Below are positions 13,627 through 24,884 of a stretch of DNA of 41,905 nt, in pieces (the stretch's first letter is position 1; the number at the start of each line of letters is the position of its first letter). The notes under the pieces were generated by a model. It did no database searches. It had not been told where the DNA came from and saw only the letters and a list, made by a program, of their open reading frames with translations. The position numbers were made by a program, and so were the translations under genes. Location: IMG/VR virus record IMGVR_UViG_3300029684_000017, positions 1 through 41,905 of that record; one strand, given 5' to 3'. This DNA is from a virus.

Positions 13627-14328
13627 ATGAACTTATCTCAGCAAATAGAAGCACGCCGGGCGGCAATGGGCAATGCCTGCCGCAAAGAGTTCGCCGTTAC
13701 AAAAGCGGACATATCGAACGAAGACGAGCATATTATCCTCGTGAAGTTCGCTAATTTCGGGAACAAGGACAGCGCGGGCGATATTCTTATCAAAGGATGC
13801 TTCGCCAAGTCCATTAACGACAGGGGCCCGGAATCAGCCACAAACCGCAAAATCGCGTTCGTGTGGCAACATGATTTCGCCGACCCTATCGGCCGGATAC
13901 TGTCTATCGAAGAGCGCGAAGACGGCGCATATGCAGAAGTTAAGCTGAGCAACTTCGACGCGGTGCCAAATGCAAAGCGGGCGTGGTTCCAGCTCAAAGA
14001 CGGCGATATTAATCAGTTCTCGTTCGGATTCAATTACGTGTGGGATAAAATGGAATATGACGAAGCCCTTGACGCGTTCATCGTTAAGGAAGTCGTGTTG
14101 CATGAAATATCCGTCGTTACTGCCGGAGCCAACGAGGAAACTGCATTCGTCGGTGCTGTGAAGAGTTTACCGGACGCCATCAAGGTTATGAGCGATGCAC
14201 TCAATGCGGCGTCATTGGAGGATAAAATGAAGATCAAAAAGCAAATCATCGAGACATTGAACGCAGCCGAGCCGGAGAAACCACTCACTGAGAACATGTT
14301 CGGGAAAATAGGTTCACATATCAATTAA
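13627..14328 (+). CDS. HK97-family prohead protease (S78-like)
   Basis: DSAGDILIKGCF, WQHD..PIG, FSFGF and EISVVTAGAN motifs. Lies between portal and capsid. Confidence 0.85.
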   Translation: MNLSQQIEARRAAMGNACRKEFAVTKADISNEDEHIILVKFANFGNKDSAGDILIKGCFAKSINDRGPESATNRKIAFVWQHDFADPIGRILSIEEREDGAYAEVKLSNFDAVPNAKRAWFQLKDGDINQFSFGFNYVWDKMEYDEALDAFIVKEVVLHEISVVTAGANEETAFVGAVKSLPDAIKVMSDALNAASLEDKMKIKKQIIETLNAAEPEKPLTENMFGKIGSHIN

Positions 14329-14347
14329 CCAAAAAACACAAAGAAGA

Positions 14348-15640
14348 ATGGAGATTAAATCATTTGTGCTTCCCGCTGGCGTAGAGTTCAGCGAGGACGA
14401 AAAGAAAGGACTGAACGCGCTCGGAGATTACATCAAGGGGCAGTTCGAGGAGATGGTCGCAGGCATCAAGTCACAGAACGAGATCATCGAGGCTGTCAAG
14501 GCGGAGTTCGGAAAACTCGGACTGTCGCCGGAGAAGGTCGAAAAACTGGAGGGCGCGCTTAAAGCCCAGGGCGTCGAGATCGCCACGATGAAGAAAGGCA
14601 CCCCCAAGCAGGAGGGACACAAAACGCTGGTCGCCGCTATGGAAGAGGTGCTGAAATCGGAAGAGTTCGCCGCCGCATATAAGGATATTCGCAGCGGTCG
14701 GGGGAGTCGATCGACGGGTGAATTCGCCCTCAAACTCGACACCTCGAACGTAACGAACGAAGACCCCAACCGCACGGTGTTGACCACGAAAATCTACGCA
14801 GACGCCAGCCCTCGCAATGCGTTCGTGCAACTCTTCTCACGCATCAATGTGCCCGACGACAAGAACCGCATCATGTACAACGACGCCTCCTACACGGACG
14901 GAACCGGGTATGCAGAGGAGATGAAATCGCACACCAACACCGACGCTGCCACGCTTACGGGCAAATACCGTGAGCTGTCCAAGCTCGGCGCCGTGCTGCC
15001 CTTCTCGGCCGAGAGCGCCGAAGATTTCGGCTATTTCCTGGCATGGGCGCAGACGAAAGCACAGCAGGGCATCGCCGCCAAGCTCGACACCCTGCTGTGG
15101 GACGGCGACGGCGTGGACGCCTCGCAGCCCAAGCACATCTACGGATTGAAAAAATCCGGTGTCACGGCATTCAACGCAACGACGACAGGCGTAGCAGCCA
15201 GCGTTTCGGCCCCCAACATCGCCGATCTGATCCTCGCCATGAAGACGCAGGCCAAGGTCGAGACTAACGATTCGATGTCTCCGAATTACGTGCTGATGAA
15301 CTACGCCACCGAGTTCAAGATGCGCACGCTGAAAAATACGCTCGGCGACTACATCACGGTGTTGCCCAATGGCGCGTTGTCGGTTCACGGCATGACGATC
15401 ATCCCGACCCCGAAACTCTCGGCCTCGGAGCTCGTCGTGCTCGATTCCACGACGCTCCAGCTGCACGACAAGCGCAATATCACTATGGAGATCGAGCGCG
15501 TTCCGGAGACGGATTCGTATCGTCTGTGGCTGTGGTATCGCGGGCAGGCCCTCGTTACACGGCCGGATATGAAGGCGAATATCTATGTCGCCGACATCGA
15601 CACCGCTCTGGCCGCCATCGAGAAAGCAGCATCAGAATAG
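14348..15640 (+). CDS. Major capsid protein (HK97-fold inferred)
   Basis: 430 aa after the protease with a coiled-coil N-terminal delta-like region. Confidence 0.8.
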   Translation: MEIKSFVLPAGVEFSEDEKKGLNALGDYIKGQFEEMVAGIKSQNEIIEAVKAEFGKLGLSPEKVEKLEGALKAQGVEIATMKKGTPKQEGHKTLVAAMEEVLKSEEFAAAYKDIRSGRGSRSTGEFALKLDTSNVTNEDPNRTVLTTKIYADASPRNAFVQLFSRINVPDDKNRIMYNDASYTDGTGYAEEMKSHTNTDAATLTGKYRELSKLGAVLPFSAESAEDFGYFLAWAQTKAQQGIAAKLDTLLWDGDGVDASQPKHIYGLKKSGVTAFNATTTGVAASVSAPNIADLILAMKTQAKVETNDSMSPNYVLMNYATEFKMRTLKNTLGDYITVLPNGALSVHGMTIIPTPKLSASELVVLDSTTLQLHDKRNITMEIERVPETDSYRLWLWYRGQALVTRPDMKANIYVADIDTALAAIEKAASE

Positions 15641-15652
15641 GCCAAGTAACCC

Positions 15653-15850
15653 ATGAAAGCGAAAGATGAAGCAGCTATGACGCGCGCGCCTGTTAGGCGC
15701 AGTCGTAGCGCTCCCGAATCTCAGGTCATGCGTGTAGAAGTCATCAAAGCGCATGACGGGATCAACAAGGGCGAGATTCTCATCAAGTCGCGGGCTACTG
15801 CGGAAATGATGATTGCCAAGGGGTTCTATAAAAAGACCTCGGAGGAGTAA
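15653..15850 (+). CDS. Hypothetical small head-module protein (65 aa or shorter)
   Basis: ORF after the capsid gene. Possible internal start. Confidence 0.5.
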   Translation: MKAKDEAAMTRAPVRRSRSAPESQVMRVEVIKAHDGINKGEILIKSRATAEMMIAKGFYKKTSEE

Positions 15851-15853
15851 CCG

Positions 15854-15882
15854 GATAGGGGCGGCAACACGCCGCCCCTATC
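15854..15882 (+). terminator. Perfect 12-bp GC-rich hairpin after the capsid block (terminator/RNA stabiliser)
   Basis: gataggggcggc-aacac-gccgcccctatc. Weak T tract follows. Confidence 0.55.
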
Positions 15883-15897
15883 TTCAAATAAAATACC

Positions 15898-16377
15898 ATG
15901 ATCTTAGACGAGCGATATTTCACCTATCCCGAGACATATATTGCGGGAATAGAGACCAAGAGCGACAGCAAACCCGCCGGACCTGCCCCCAAAATCATAA
16001 GCGACATCCAGGCATATATCGCCAAATACGAGCCTCGGTTTCTGCGAATGCTTCTGGGGCCGGATGTCGCCGGCAATATTGAGGATTACCCGGCTATTGT
16101 GGCGCTGCTGGCGCAACCGGACAAGGGGACATCCGTAATTGCCAAATATGTCTATTTCTACTATTCGCGCGACCATATGACATTCAACACCGTTGCCGGG
16201 GAAAAGCTGAAGAACACCGAAAACAGTACCCGGACATCTCCGACGCATCGGCTCGTCCGCGTGTGGAACGATATGGTAGACGAATGCCGAGAGATCATCC
16301 GCATCGTTGACGATGTTAAGCTGTGCCCGGACTTTTACGCGGAGATATTCGAACCGATCAATACTTACAACCTATGA
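15898..16377 (+). CDS. Hypothetical head-tail joining module protein (159 aa)
   Basis: ORF; function guessed from position only. Confidence 0.65.
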   Translation: MILDERYFTYPETYIAGIETKSDSKPAGPAPKIISDIQAYIAKYEPRFLRMLLGPDVAGNIEDYPAIVALLAQPDKGTSVIAKYVYFYYSRDHMTFNTVAGEKLKNTENSTRTSPTHRLVRVWNDMVDECREIIRIVDDVKLCPDFYAEIFEPINTYNL

Positions 16378-17033
16378 AGATAACCCCCAAAGATACGGTT
16401 AATGATATTGTGATGCGCAACCGTGCATTATTCAGCATGGGTACCGAACGTATCGTAAAAGCCATCCAAGACCTTCCGGAGCCGGAGTTCGTGCCTATGA
16501 AACGCCGAATGTGGCTCGACAAACGACTGCCCGTGCGTGACATTGCCGACATCACTATGGGCGAACTGAACGCCATAGAAGCCCGAAAACCGTCGTACGA
16601 ATATTTTTGCATCGTGCTCGGTGTGATGCTCGGGCTCGTGAAATTCAACCGCATAGGCGTTGACGGCAATCCGGATTGGAACGCGGGGTTCAGCGTAGAC
16701 GAGGAGCAAATCGGACGCCTCCGGTTCATCCGTGCCCAGCGCTATTTCATAGCTATACAGAAAGGGTTGGAAGGTATCGGCAAATCGTGGAAAAAGCTGG
16801 AAATGCCCCTCACGGCCGCCGAGATGAAAGCGCGTGTCAAGCGACCCAATCGCGGACTTGTCGCCGTATGCCGGAAATACTGCCAGATCATGAACGGCGC
16901 CGTTGACATGAATAAAGCATGGAATACGCCGTGGGCAACAGTATACGAAGCATTCGAAGCCTGCAAGTGCGACAACATGGAACAGCGGGCCATCTATGAA
17001 GCGAACAAATCTAACGGGAGACGGAGAAGATGA
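16374..17033 (+). CDS. Hypothetical structural-module protein (219 aa)
   Basis: ATG overlapping the upstream TGA (ATGA). Confidence 0.7.
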   Translation: MKITPKDTVNDIVMRNRALFSMGTERIVKAIQDLPEPEFVPMKRRMWLDKRLPVRDIADITMGELNAIEARKPSYEYFCIVLGVMLGLVKFNRIGVDGNPDWNAGFSVDEEQIGRLRFIRAQRYFIAIQKGLEGIGKSWKKLEMPLTAAEMKARVKRPNRGLVAVCRKYCQIMNGAVDMNKAWNTPWATVYEAFEACKCDNMEQRAIYEANKSNGRRRR

Positions 17034-17446
17034 AAAAAAGCATCAACGAGATATTCAGAGAATGCGCCGAGGCGGAGGGACTGTGTTCCTATATGTACGC
17101 CCGGATAGCCGAAGCTAATTATCTGATGGATGACGTAAAGCAATACCCCGTATTGCTCCGTCAGTTCAACGAGACGATTTCCGAAACACGGATGTCGGAC
17201 ACGCGGCGCCGGACGACGACGCTCTATTTCTGCGACGCCCTCGGGAAAGCGGAGCCGGACACGGAGACCGAAGTGCAGCCAATCGTCGAAAAGATGGAAG
17301 AACGCGCCTTTGCATTTATCAACCGGATGCGGTCGATGGGGATAGAGGTCGAGCTTGTGGCCAACGCGACGCCCTTTTACGGCAAATTCGACGTGTTGGT
17401 GGCTGGCGTAACCCTAAGCGCTATTATGACCTATAACATCTGCTGA
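17030..17446 (+). CDS. Hypothetical structural-module protein (138 aa)
   Basis: ATGA overlap. Confidence 0.7.
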   Translation: MKKSINEIFRECAEAEGLCSYMYARIAEANYLMDDVKQYPVLLRQFNETISETRMSDTRRRTTTLYFCDALGKAEPDTETEVQPIVEKMEERAFAFINRMRSMGIEVELVANATPFYGKFDVLVAGVTLSAIMTYNIC

Positions 17447-17447
17447 T

Positions 17448-18011
17448 ATGCCCACCATCCGGCAAATAGAAGAGGTGTTCAGCCCCGAGCGGATCATCAC
17501 CATCTGCGAGGACGAGTTCGGGCCGCTCGCCGAACAGATCGCCTTTAACATAATGACCAAAAGGACCAACAGCGGCGCCGATGTCAACGCTTTGGGGCTC
17601 CCGGAGGAAACGACCGGAGCGACGGCCGAAAGCCTTAAAACCATCCATGAATCTACGAACGGCGGACTTACGGTCTCATTTGTCGGACGCAAAGGCATCA
17701 AGAATATCGACGAGGGAAGTTCCCCGCAAGACGTGCAGGATGAGTTCGGCAGTTTCGGGGCCTTTCTGAATGCCATCGAGCGGTGGGCGCGAGCCAAAGA
17801 ATCGCGGTGGAATCTCGAACCAAGATCGATAAATGCGTATGGCGTTGCTTCGAGCGTCTGGGAGCATGGAAACGTACTCCATCAGGAGGGCGGCGGAACG
17901 GAGATCATGAAAGACCTGCTGCCTGAAGTTGTCGAAAGGATCAGCGAAAGAATCACGGAGGAGCTCGACACCTCCATTTATAAACTATTAGATGCGACGA
18001 TAGATATATGA
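17448..18011 (+). CDS. Hypothetical structural-module protein (187 aa)
   Basis: ORF 1 nt after the previous stop. Confidence 0.7.
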   Translation: MPTIRQIEEVFSPERIITICEDEFGPLAEQIAFNIMTKRTNSGADVNALGLPEETTGATAESLKTIHESTNGGLTVSFVGRKGIKNIDEGSSPQDVQDEFGSFGAFLNAIERWARAKESRWNLEPRSINAYGVASSVWEHGNVLHQEGGGTEIMKDLLPEVVERISERITEELDTSIYKLLDATIDI

Positions 18012-19459
18012 AAACTATTTGGGGAGGGGATAATTCAATAACGGTGCCTAATACCTTTTTCTGCACCAAAAGCCGATACGCATACGTCAAGGTGGCATTA
18101 GAAGAGGCTGTGCGCAATCAAGATGTAACCCTCGAAGTTTACTACGTGGGCAATTCTGTTAATAATATCGTCAATGGCTCCCATGCCAATTGGGTTGCGG
18201 CAAAATTAAATGCTTCGTGTTTCGACGCAGTCAATAGCATGATTTATATCGACCATACGTTAATACGAGGGAAACAGATCACTTATAGAGTAGAACTGAA
18301 AGGAGAGGCTGCGGAAGCTACGCAACTGGGATTTGAAATCAAAGTGCATTTCACGGATAACACGGATCAATGGATTGCACGATACTCGACAGTCGATATC
18401 CCGGAGCGGGGGACCTTTGAGAAAGCATATACTTTCAGTTCACAGATTCAAGATAAAGAGATCGAATATGCGCGAATGTATCCGGTATTCAGATCATTGA
18501 GTGGGGGCGAAGTGTCCGGAAAACTTTATATGCGACATGAATTTGTCGGCGTGGGGAATGTATTGCCCTCTACATGGTACCCATCTGTCGCAGATCAAGA
18601 GGTGAAAAAAATAACCATTGCCCGCAAAACCGATGATCGGGGCGTCGCAATATTCCCCATCGGCGCGGTGTGCGAGTCTTTGGTAAAGGAGTACGGCGAA
18701 GGTATTGTCGTGATGTTCAACGCCTCCTATCCGGGCGGAGGTGTCGGATACTCGTCGCGTCCGATTGTCGGATATGCTGACTATGAAATCAAAGCCCTCA
18801 ATGTGGAAGCCAAAGGCGACACGAATGCCACCAACTACCCGGCGGCGAAAAAGATAGTCATATATCCTTATGGAATGTTTCGTCAAACCGTATTCGTCCC
18901 GGCGTCCAATGCCGTTACATTGAGTGATCCCGAACGGCAATTAACATTCGCCCAAGAGATTGGGCCATATATTGAATTCGACCCTGTGTCTGTAGAAGAT
19001 TTGGATTATACGCCGACAGCTTTGATGGCTTCTATACTATATGACGCAGGGGACGAGATGTCTATATCTATCCCCGTAAAAGTTGACCTGTGCACAAGCG
19101 GCGTATTCCTCAAATGGATCGACAAATCGGGTATCCCGTATGTATACCGATGGACCCCCGAGATGACGACCGACGAAATGTCCGTAGATTCCACCTATAC
19201 GCAACTCGATGAAACCCTCCAGCCTTTCGAGGTTCAGAACAAGACCCTAACCAAGCGATACACCTTGCACAGTCGAATCGTCGAGCGGGATATATACGAG
19301 ATGTGCAAAACCATCATCGGAAGCCAGGCAGTGTGGATGTGGGATACTACCCTTTCCGATTGGGTGCGCTGCTCTATGGAGGACAGCGAAGCCGAGGACA
19401 GCGGAGCTCCGATGCAAGACCTGGTTATTGAAGTCGTAAAACGCGAGTACAACCTATGA
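18008..19459 (+). CDS. Hypothetical virion/tail protein (483 aa)
   Basis: Long ORF with ATGA overlap. Confidence 0.75.
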   Translation: MKTIWGGDNSITVPNTFFCTKSRYAYVKVALEEAVRNQDVTLEVYYVGNSVNNIVNGSHANWVAAKLNASCFDAVNSMIYIDHTLIRGKQITYRVELKGEAAEATQLGFEIKVHFTDNTDQWIARYSTVDIPERGTFEKAYTFSSQIQDKEIEYARMYPVFRSLSGGEVSGKLYMRHEFVGVGNVLPSTWYPSVADQEVKKITIARKTDDRGVAIFPIGAVCESLVKEYGEGIVVMFNASYPGGGVGYSSRPIVGYADYEIKALNVEAKGDTNATNYPAAKKIVIYPYGMFRQTVFVPASNAVTLSDPERQLTFAQEIGPYIEFDPVSVEDLDYTPTALMASILYDAGDEMSISIPVKVDLCTSGVFLKWIDKSGIPYVYRWTPEMTTDEMSVDSTYTQLDETLQPFEVQNKTLTKRYTLHSRIVERDIYEMCKTIIGSQAVWMWDTTLSDWVRCSMEDSEAEDSGAPMQDLVIEVVKREYNL

Positions 19460-22302
19460 CGACCTACGAACTTTATATCAACGATATTCTGTGCGACCTG
19501 TCGAGTGACGAGGTCATAACCCTGCTTTATCAAAGTCCGATCTTTTCGAGCCTCGACAGTATTCAGTCGAACCGATCTTATAACATTGCGCTGCCTCCCA
19601 CGCCTGCGAATATGCGGGCTATCGGTCAGGCAGCCCGCCCGGATGTGGATGCCGACGCTCCCTATGTGCGCCTTCCGGCGGCATTGTATCAGGACGGGGT
19701 GCCGCTGTTCACGCAGGGGTTCGCCGTGGTTACGGATATTGCGGACACTATCAACGTGACCCTCACGTGGGGCAACGCGGACAATTTCCAGCCTTTGTTC
19801 GACGCGAATCTGCGGGATTTGACCATATATATTCCTGCTCCGGAAGGTGCAGAGGGTGATTGGGTTTCTTATATAGAGTGGAACGAGAATACACAATTAT
19901 TGGATTCCACAGGAGAAGAACCCGATGCGGCATTTTGGGCGATTAATTTCGGAATGGGGCTTTCCAATCCCAAATACCTGCACCCATCGGTTCCGGTATC
20001 TGCCATATTGGGATATATCGAAGAGTATAACGGGATTACTATCGACGGGAAAGATCGCCTTGCGTACAGTCCGCACGGCGGCCCTATTATACCGCTGGTT
20101 TCTAAGAACGGGGATGAAATATCAAATAAGACAGAGGCATTCACTTTTATCGCAGCCCTCACGACGCTGAAAGATGACCAGATTCAAGGTGTTATCGGCT
20201 GGTCGTCTGTTATTCAAGACCAGCAAGGAATTGCATACGGGAAGTGCACGGTGAAATTCGACAAAGGAAATAGGAAAGTCAGAATATCTATGACGCCATC
20301 CAACGGGGCCGATACATTCACTATCAACGTAGGGACATATCTGCCAGCATCAGAGATCACAGGCTTTGCGATTGTAGTTTTAGTTTGGAAAGAAGATGTA
20401 TCCGATTGGGAAGTATTGCAACCCATAGCCGAAGCGTCGTCTTTTTCCAACGTGGGAGGCGGTGGCGACTACTTAACATATACGGCCACTTTTTACCCGT
20501 TCGAAACGTCATTTGATATATTCGAAAACACCGAAATAGCGTTCCATATCGTCGCGTACGGCGGTTTGATATATAACAATAATAGCATTTCAAATGCTCC
20601 CACGGTCCGAGTATGGACCGATTGGGAAGATTGCGCGTTCCCTACAAAATTCCCTATTGCTCCCAACCTCCCCGACATCTCACAAGGCGATTTTATCCTC
20701 GCCATGATGAATATGCAGGGGCTGTTCGCCTATGCGGACAAAGACAACCCGAACACGATAAAGTTGATAAGCATCGACGACATAATCGCCAATGTTCAGA
20801 AAAACGACATCATAGACTGGAGCGACCGGGTAATTCTGAATGATATTCACCGGGTGGATATGCCCGATGCGTCGGTTTTCACCATTGACGACCTCGCGCA
20901 AAGCAATATTCTCGACTACGACAACGACGACGATGTAAAGACCGACACGCACGGCACCATTACCATTCGTAATGAGAATATCGAAAAAGAAACCGAACTT
21001 GTGTCGCTTCCCTTCTCAGCATCGGAAAATGCGACGACGGCGGGATTAGATCGGCCGTGCGCCCTCGTCCCCATATATGAGGATGACAGCAAAGGAGGTG
21101 CCAATTATTCGGAGTGTTCACCGCGGATATTATCGGTTAGAGGTGGATATTATAATACCATTGATATAAAAGCCATCGGCGTTTTCGACCCGTGGATGAA
21201 GTTCGGCGGCGAAAATGGCATCGTGAAGACCCGATACGCCTCCTATCAGAAAGTCGTTGACCGCCTCAGGATCATCACCGTCCGGGCAAAACTCACAGCT
21301 CTCGATCTCTATAACCTCGACTACACGAAGCCGGTGTATATCGCCCAATTCGGGCAGATATTCGCCATCTATTCGGTCGAAACGGGCGAGGACGGCATTT
21401 GCGACTGCCAACTGCTGAGGTTGAAAGTAGACGGGGTTGTGCCTGCCCACTACTACCTGTATTTGGACGGTAAGGACGCCGACCAAAGCAAGACCGACAT
21501 AACATCTGCCGGAACAACTATTACGTATAGTGTTCAGTCGAACGGTACGCCCTATGTAGTTTCAAAAGACAGCCGTTTAACGGTGTCGCTCAACAGCGAA
21601 GCCGATACGTGGGAGCTCTCCATATATGTTCCTGAAAACACTTCAGGCGCAGGTATCAATTACGACCCCGTCATTCTTGGTATCAGCGAAGCCGACCATG
21701 TGCGCCGGAAAATAAGTATATCGCAGAAAGGCAAAGAATACTATCTGACGCTCAATGGCAGCGTCAGAGATATATTAATCAATATCAAAGCCGATGCCAA
21801 GCAAAATCGCGTATCTTGGAGTTCTAACGGAACACCTCAAATATTGAGCTATTCCGGAGACGCCGTCGCCCTCGCTGAGGTAGATGCCTATGCTGTCAAT
21901 ATTTATTCATATGCCAACACTACCAGCGAGCAAAGAACAGGACAGGTGACGGTATATCTTAAAGAATCCCCATCAATAGAGCGTAAAATTGTTGTGATAC
22001 AGGATGCGGCCGCAGCAGAGCGCATGGTCATCATCGACGTGCACGCCTGCGGAGTCGAGGCCAGTGAAAATATGTATCTCGCGTTCTATTTGAACGATGG
22101 TAACGACGGTTATGCGGAAGATACATTTGCGGTTCAAGATGATTTAACCATCCGAATACCATTCAATGACCTCAATATGCTTTTAGGGCTCAATTTTTCC
22201 GATTTCGCAGGCGCAACCCTCAGAATTGAAGCCTCGGATAGCGGAGAATTCTGGGAGGGGCCAATCCCTGCCTCCGGGAACATCGAGGCTGAATTAGTTT
22301 AG
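19456..22302 (+). CDS. Large tail/baseplate-type structural protein (948 aa)
   Basis: Longest ORF with ATGA overlap. N-terminus YINDILCDL...SNRSYNIALPPTPANMRAIG resembles phage tail-associated proteins (memory only). Confidence 0.7.
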   Translation: MTTYELYINDILCDLSSDEVITLLYQSPIFSSLDSIQSNRSYNIALPPTPANMRAIGQAARPDVDADAPYVRLPAALYQDGVPLFTQGFAVVTDIADTINVTLTWGNADNFQPLFDANLRDLTIYIPAPEGAEGDWVSYIEWNENTQLLDSTGEEPDAAFWAINFGMGLSNPKYLHPSVPVSAILGYIEEYNGITIDGKDRLAYSPHGGPIIPLVSKNGDEISNKTEAFTFIAALTTLKDDQIQGVIGWSSVIQDQQGIAYGKCTVKFDKGNRKVRISMTPSNGADTFTINVGTYLPASEITGFAIVVLVWKEDVSDWEVLQPIAEASSFSNVGGGGDYLTYTATFYPFETSFDIFENTEIAFHIVAYGGLIYNNNSISNAPTVRVWTDWEDCAFPTKFPIAPNLPDISQGDFILAMMNMQGLFAYADKDNPNTIKLISIDDIIANVQKNDIIDWSDRVILNDIHRVDMPDASVFTIDDLAQSNILDYDNDDDVKTDTHGTITIRNENIEKETELVSLPFSASENATTAGLDRPCALVPIYEDDSKGGANYSECSPRILSVRGGYYNTIDIKAIGVFDPWMKFGGENGIVKTRYASYQKVVDRLRIITVRAKLTALDLYNLDYTKPVYIAQFGQIFAIYSVETGEDGICDCQLLRLKVDGVVPAHYYLYLDGKDADQSKTDITSAGTTITYSVQSNGTPYVVSKDSRLTVSLNSEADTWELSIYVPENTSGAGINYDPVILGISEADHVRRKISISQKGKEYYLTLNGSVRDILINIKADAKQNRVSWSSNGTPQILSYSGDAVALAEVDAYAVNIYSYANTTSEQRTGQVTVYLKESPSIERKIVVIQDAAAAERMVIIDVHACGVEASENMYLAFYLNDGNDGYAEDTFAVQDDLTIRIPFNDLNMLLGLNFSDFAGATLRIEASDSGEFWEGPIPASGNIEAELV

Positions 22303-22332
22303 TTATTAACCATTTAACCCATATGAAGAGAT

Positions 22333-24723
22333 ATGGCACAGAATGAAATACATAAGATCATAACGATAGAGTTCAAAAATTCGGATTTAATCAAAGGATG
22401 GGAGGCCGCCTCGGCGGCTATTGACACCGCAAAAGTCAAACTACAAGAGTTTAAGAAAGCAGGTGATTCCGAAGGTGTTGCCAAGCAAACCCAACTTATA
22501 AAGGCGTTGCGGACCGAGATGTCGGCCTACACCCGGGAGATTCAGGCAAATATCAAATCGGAAATCGCACAAGAGGGGTCCATAGACCAACTCAATGCTA
22601 AAATTACCGCACTTACGGCGCAATACAAGGCGATGAGCGGGGAAGAACGGAAAGCGGCGAAAGGGAGGGAACTCAGTAGCAAAATCCACGATATGCAGAC
22701 CGAAGTCAATGAGGCTAATGCCGCATTATTGAACTTTCGGAATAATGTCGGGAACTATGCGAGCGCGGCTAAAGGTTTTACCCCGCTTACGTTCCAAGTA
22801 CAGCAACTCGCCCGAGAAATGCCATCACTTACGATGTCATTTCAACAGTTCTTTCTGGCGATTTCAAACAACCTCCCGATGTTTGCGGACGAATTGACCC
22901 GAGCAAGGATGGCCAACAAAGCGCTGCGAGCGGAGGGCAAGCCGACAGTTTCGGTGTTCAAACAAGTGCTTTCGGCTATTGGTTCCTGGCAAACGGCATT
23001 GGTCGTGGGTATCACATTGCTGACGGCCTACGGGAAAGAGATTGGGGCGTGGGTGAAAGGTCTGTTTACGGCCAAAGAAGCGGCGCTCTCTATGGCCGAG
23101 GCACAAGATAAGGTGAATGACGCTTTGAAGAAAGACGGGTACGGCATCGGTGAACAAATCGCCAAAGTGAAAGAATTGCAAATGCAATGGAGGGCTTTAG
23201 GGGACGATCTAAAGGCGCGAAAGCAGTTCATTGTCGATAATAAAGACGCATTCGACGATCTCGGGGTCAAGGTAACGAATGTAAATGATGCAGAGAACCT
23301 TCTTGTAACAAATACGGGCGATTTTATAAATGCTCTAAGCATGCGAGCGCGGGCGGCTGCGGGGATGAAGCTGGCCGCCGAAGCCTATGAAAAGGCACTG
23401 ATCAAGCAGCAAGAGATCGAGGAGGAAATAAAAAAAGGGTACACGACGACAATATCAAGCGCCGGAGGCTCTTTTGGAGGTGGATTTACTAAAGTAAACC
23501 GAGCTTATACAAAGGCCGAAGAAGAGGAATTAAAGGCCCCCGTCCGTGCTTTAGAAGCCCAAGCCGAAGCGTACCTAAATGTATCCGTTGAAAGCCAAAA
23601 TACGGCATCTGAAATACTCAAAAATGCAGGTATTGAGGAGGCCGCCAATGATAAAGTAAATGAGAAAATAAAGAAAGGCATAACACTTGCGGAGCAGCGA
23701 GCCCAAGCAGTAAAAGCCGCGCGGGAATCCATCGTAAAAGACATTACGGCAATCGGTAATGCTTTGGATAAAGAATTGGCCGATGCTTTCAAGGATGGGA
23801 ACAATGATATTACCAAAGGGCTCGAATCGCAATTAGAAGAGCAGGCGCGAAAGTATCAAAATAGGCTTCTTGAAGCCACATTGTCGGGCGGAAGTTTAGG
23901 GACGGCAAAAGAAACTATTGCAATAGCCAAAGAGCAACTGTCGCAGTTGGACGATATAGCCAGCAATGAAGAGCTTGTCAACCGGTTAGGCTGGGACGAT
24001 GTGGAATTGCAGCGGCAACGGCTTGACCTCCGTATGCAAATAGCGAACGCCGAACAAAGCATCGCCCGGGAGCAGGACCGCACAGCGCAAGAAGCGGCAC
24101 GGCAGACGGCGCAAACTCTCAGCGGATTATCAGGCATGACAGGGGCCTTTTCTGCAATGTTTGAAGCACTGGGCGGAGAGGGCGAACGTTATGCCGAGTT
24201 TTCGAAAGCATTGGCCATATTCGAGGTTGCGTTACAGCAGGCACAAGCTATTGCGGGCGCTGTCGCCAATGCTGCCAAGTATTCCATTCCGTGGTTGCTT
24301 CCCGTTCAGATTGCAAGCAGCGTCGCCGCGGTAATTGCAGCCATTGCGCAAGCTACACAAGTCACAGATTCGGCGCAAACGCCTAAATACGCCTCCGGCG
24401 GCCTTGTCACGGGCCCGGGAACCGGAACTTCGGACAGCATTCCCGCAATGTTATCCAACGGCGAAGCTGTGATGACGGCCCAGGCTGTCAACGACTGGGG
24501 CGCAATGCTATCGGCCATGAACGTGGCAAGCGGCGGAAACGCCATCCAAGTATCGAATCTTCCCCAGCGCAACGACGGCATGAAGGGGATGGAGCGCATG
24601 ATGGAACGGGCCCTGATGAATATGCCGGCGCCCATTGTTTCGGTGGTTGACATCAACAAAGGTCAGAAGCGGGTCAAGGTTCAAAACAGCCTCGGAAAAT
24701 TAGGACGGAAAAAATACGAATAA
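22333..24723 (+). CDS. Tape-measure-like protein
   Basis: 796 aa, long Ala/Gln/Glu-rich coiled coil, hydrophobic segments. C-terminal ASGGLVTGPGTGTSDSIPAMLSNGEAVM motif common in tape-measure proteins. Confidence 0.75.
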   Translation: MAQNEIHKIITIEFKNSDLIKGWEAASAAIDTAKVKLQEFKKAGDSEGVAKQTQLIKALRTEMSAYTREIQANIKSEIAQEGSIDQLNAKITALTAQYKAMSGEERKAAKGRELSSKIHDMQTEVNEANAALLNFRNNVGNYASAAKGFTPLTFQVQQLAREMPSLTMSFQQFFLAISNNLPMFADELTRARMANKALRAEGKPTVSVFKQVLSAIGSWQTALVVGITLLTAYGKEIGAWVKGLFTAKEAALSMAEAQDKVNDALKKDGYGIGEQIAKVKELQMQWRALGDDLKARKQFIVDNKDAFDDLGVKVTNVNDAENLLVTNTGDFINALSMRARAAAGMKLAAEAYEKALIKQQEIEEEIKKGYTTTISSAGGSFGGGFTKVNRAYTKAEEEELKAPVRALEAQAEAYLNVSVESQNTASEILKNAGIEEAANDKVNEKIKKGITLAEQRAQAVKAARESIVKDITAIGNALDKELADAFKDGNNDITKGLESQLEEQARKYQNRLLEATLSGGSLGTAKETIAIAKEQLSQLDDIASNEELVNRLGWDDVELQRQRLDLRMQIANAEQSIAREQDRTAQEAARQTAQTLSGLSGMTGAFSAMFEALGGEGERYAEFSKALAIFEVALQQAQAIAGAVANAAKYSIPWLLPVQIASSVAAVIAAIAQATQVTDSAQTPKYASGGLVTGPGTGTSDSIPAMLSNGEAVMTAQAVNDWGAMLSAMNVASGGNAIQVSNLPQRNDGMKGMERMMERALMNMPAPIVSVVDINKGQKRVKVQNSLGKLGRKKYE

Positions 24724-24788
24724 TTCTTGCACAATGTGCCGAAGGTTAGCACCTTTGACGCGAACGCTTATGAGGATATAAGCCGCGG
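24724..24788 (+). promoter_or_regulatory. Late-type promoter-like element, copy B (TTG, 20 nt, CACCTTTG)
   Basis: Aligned by eye to 10455-10518. Confidence 0.5.
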
Positions 24789-24884
24789 AATCATGTACGA
24801 AACGACACATACATATCGCCACCCTTTCGTGGCCGCATCTGCCATAAGCGCGAAGTGCTTTGTCTAACTTAACACATCAAACTA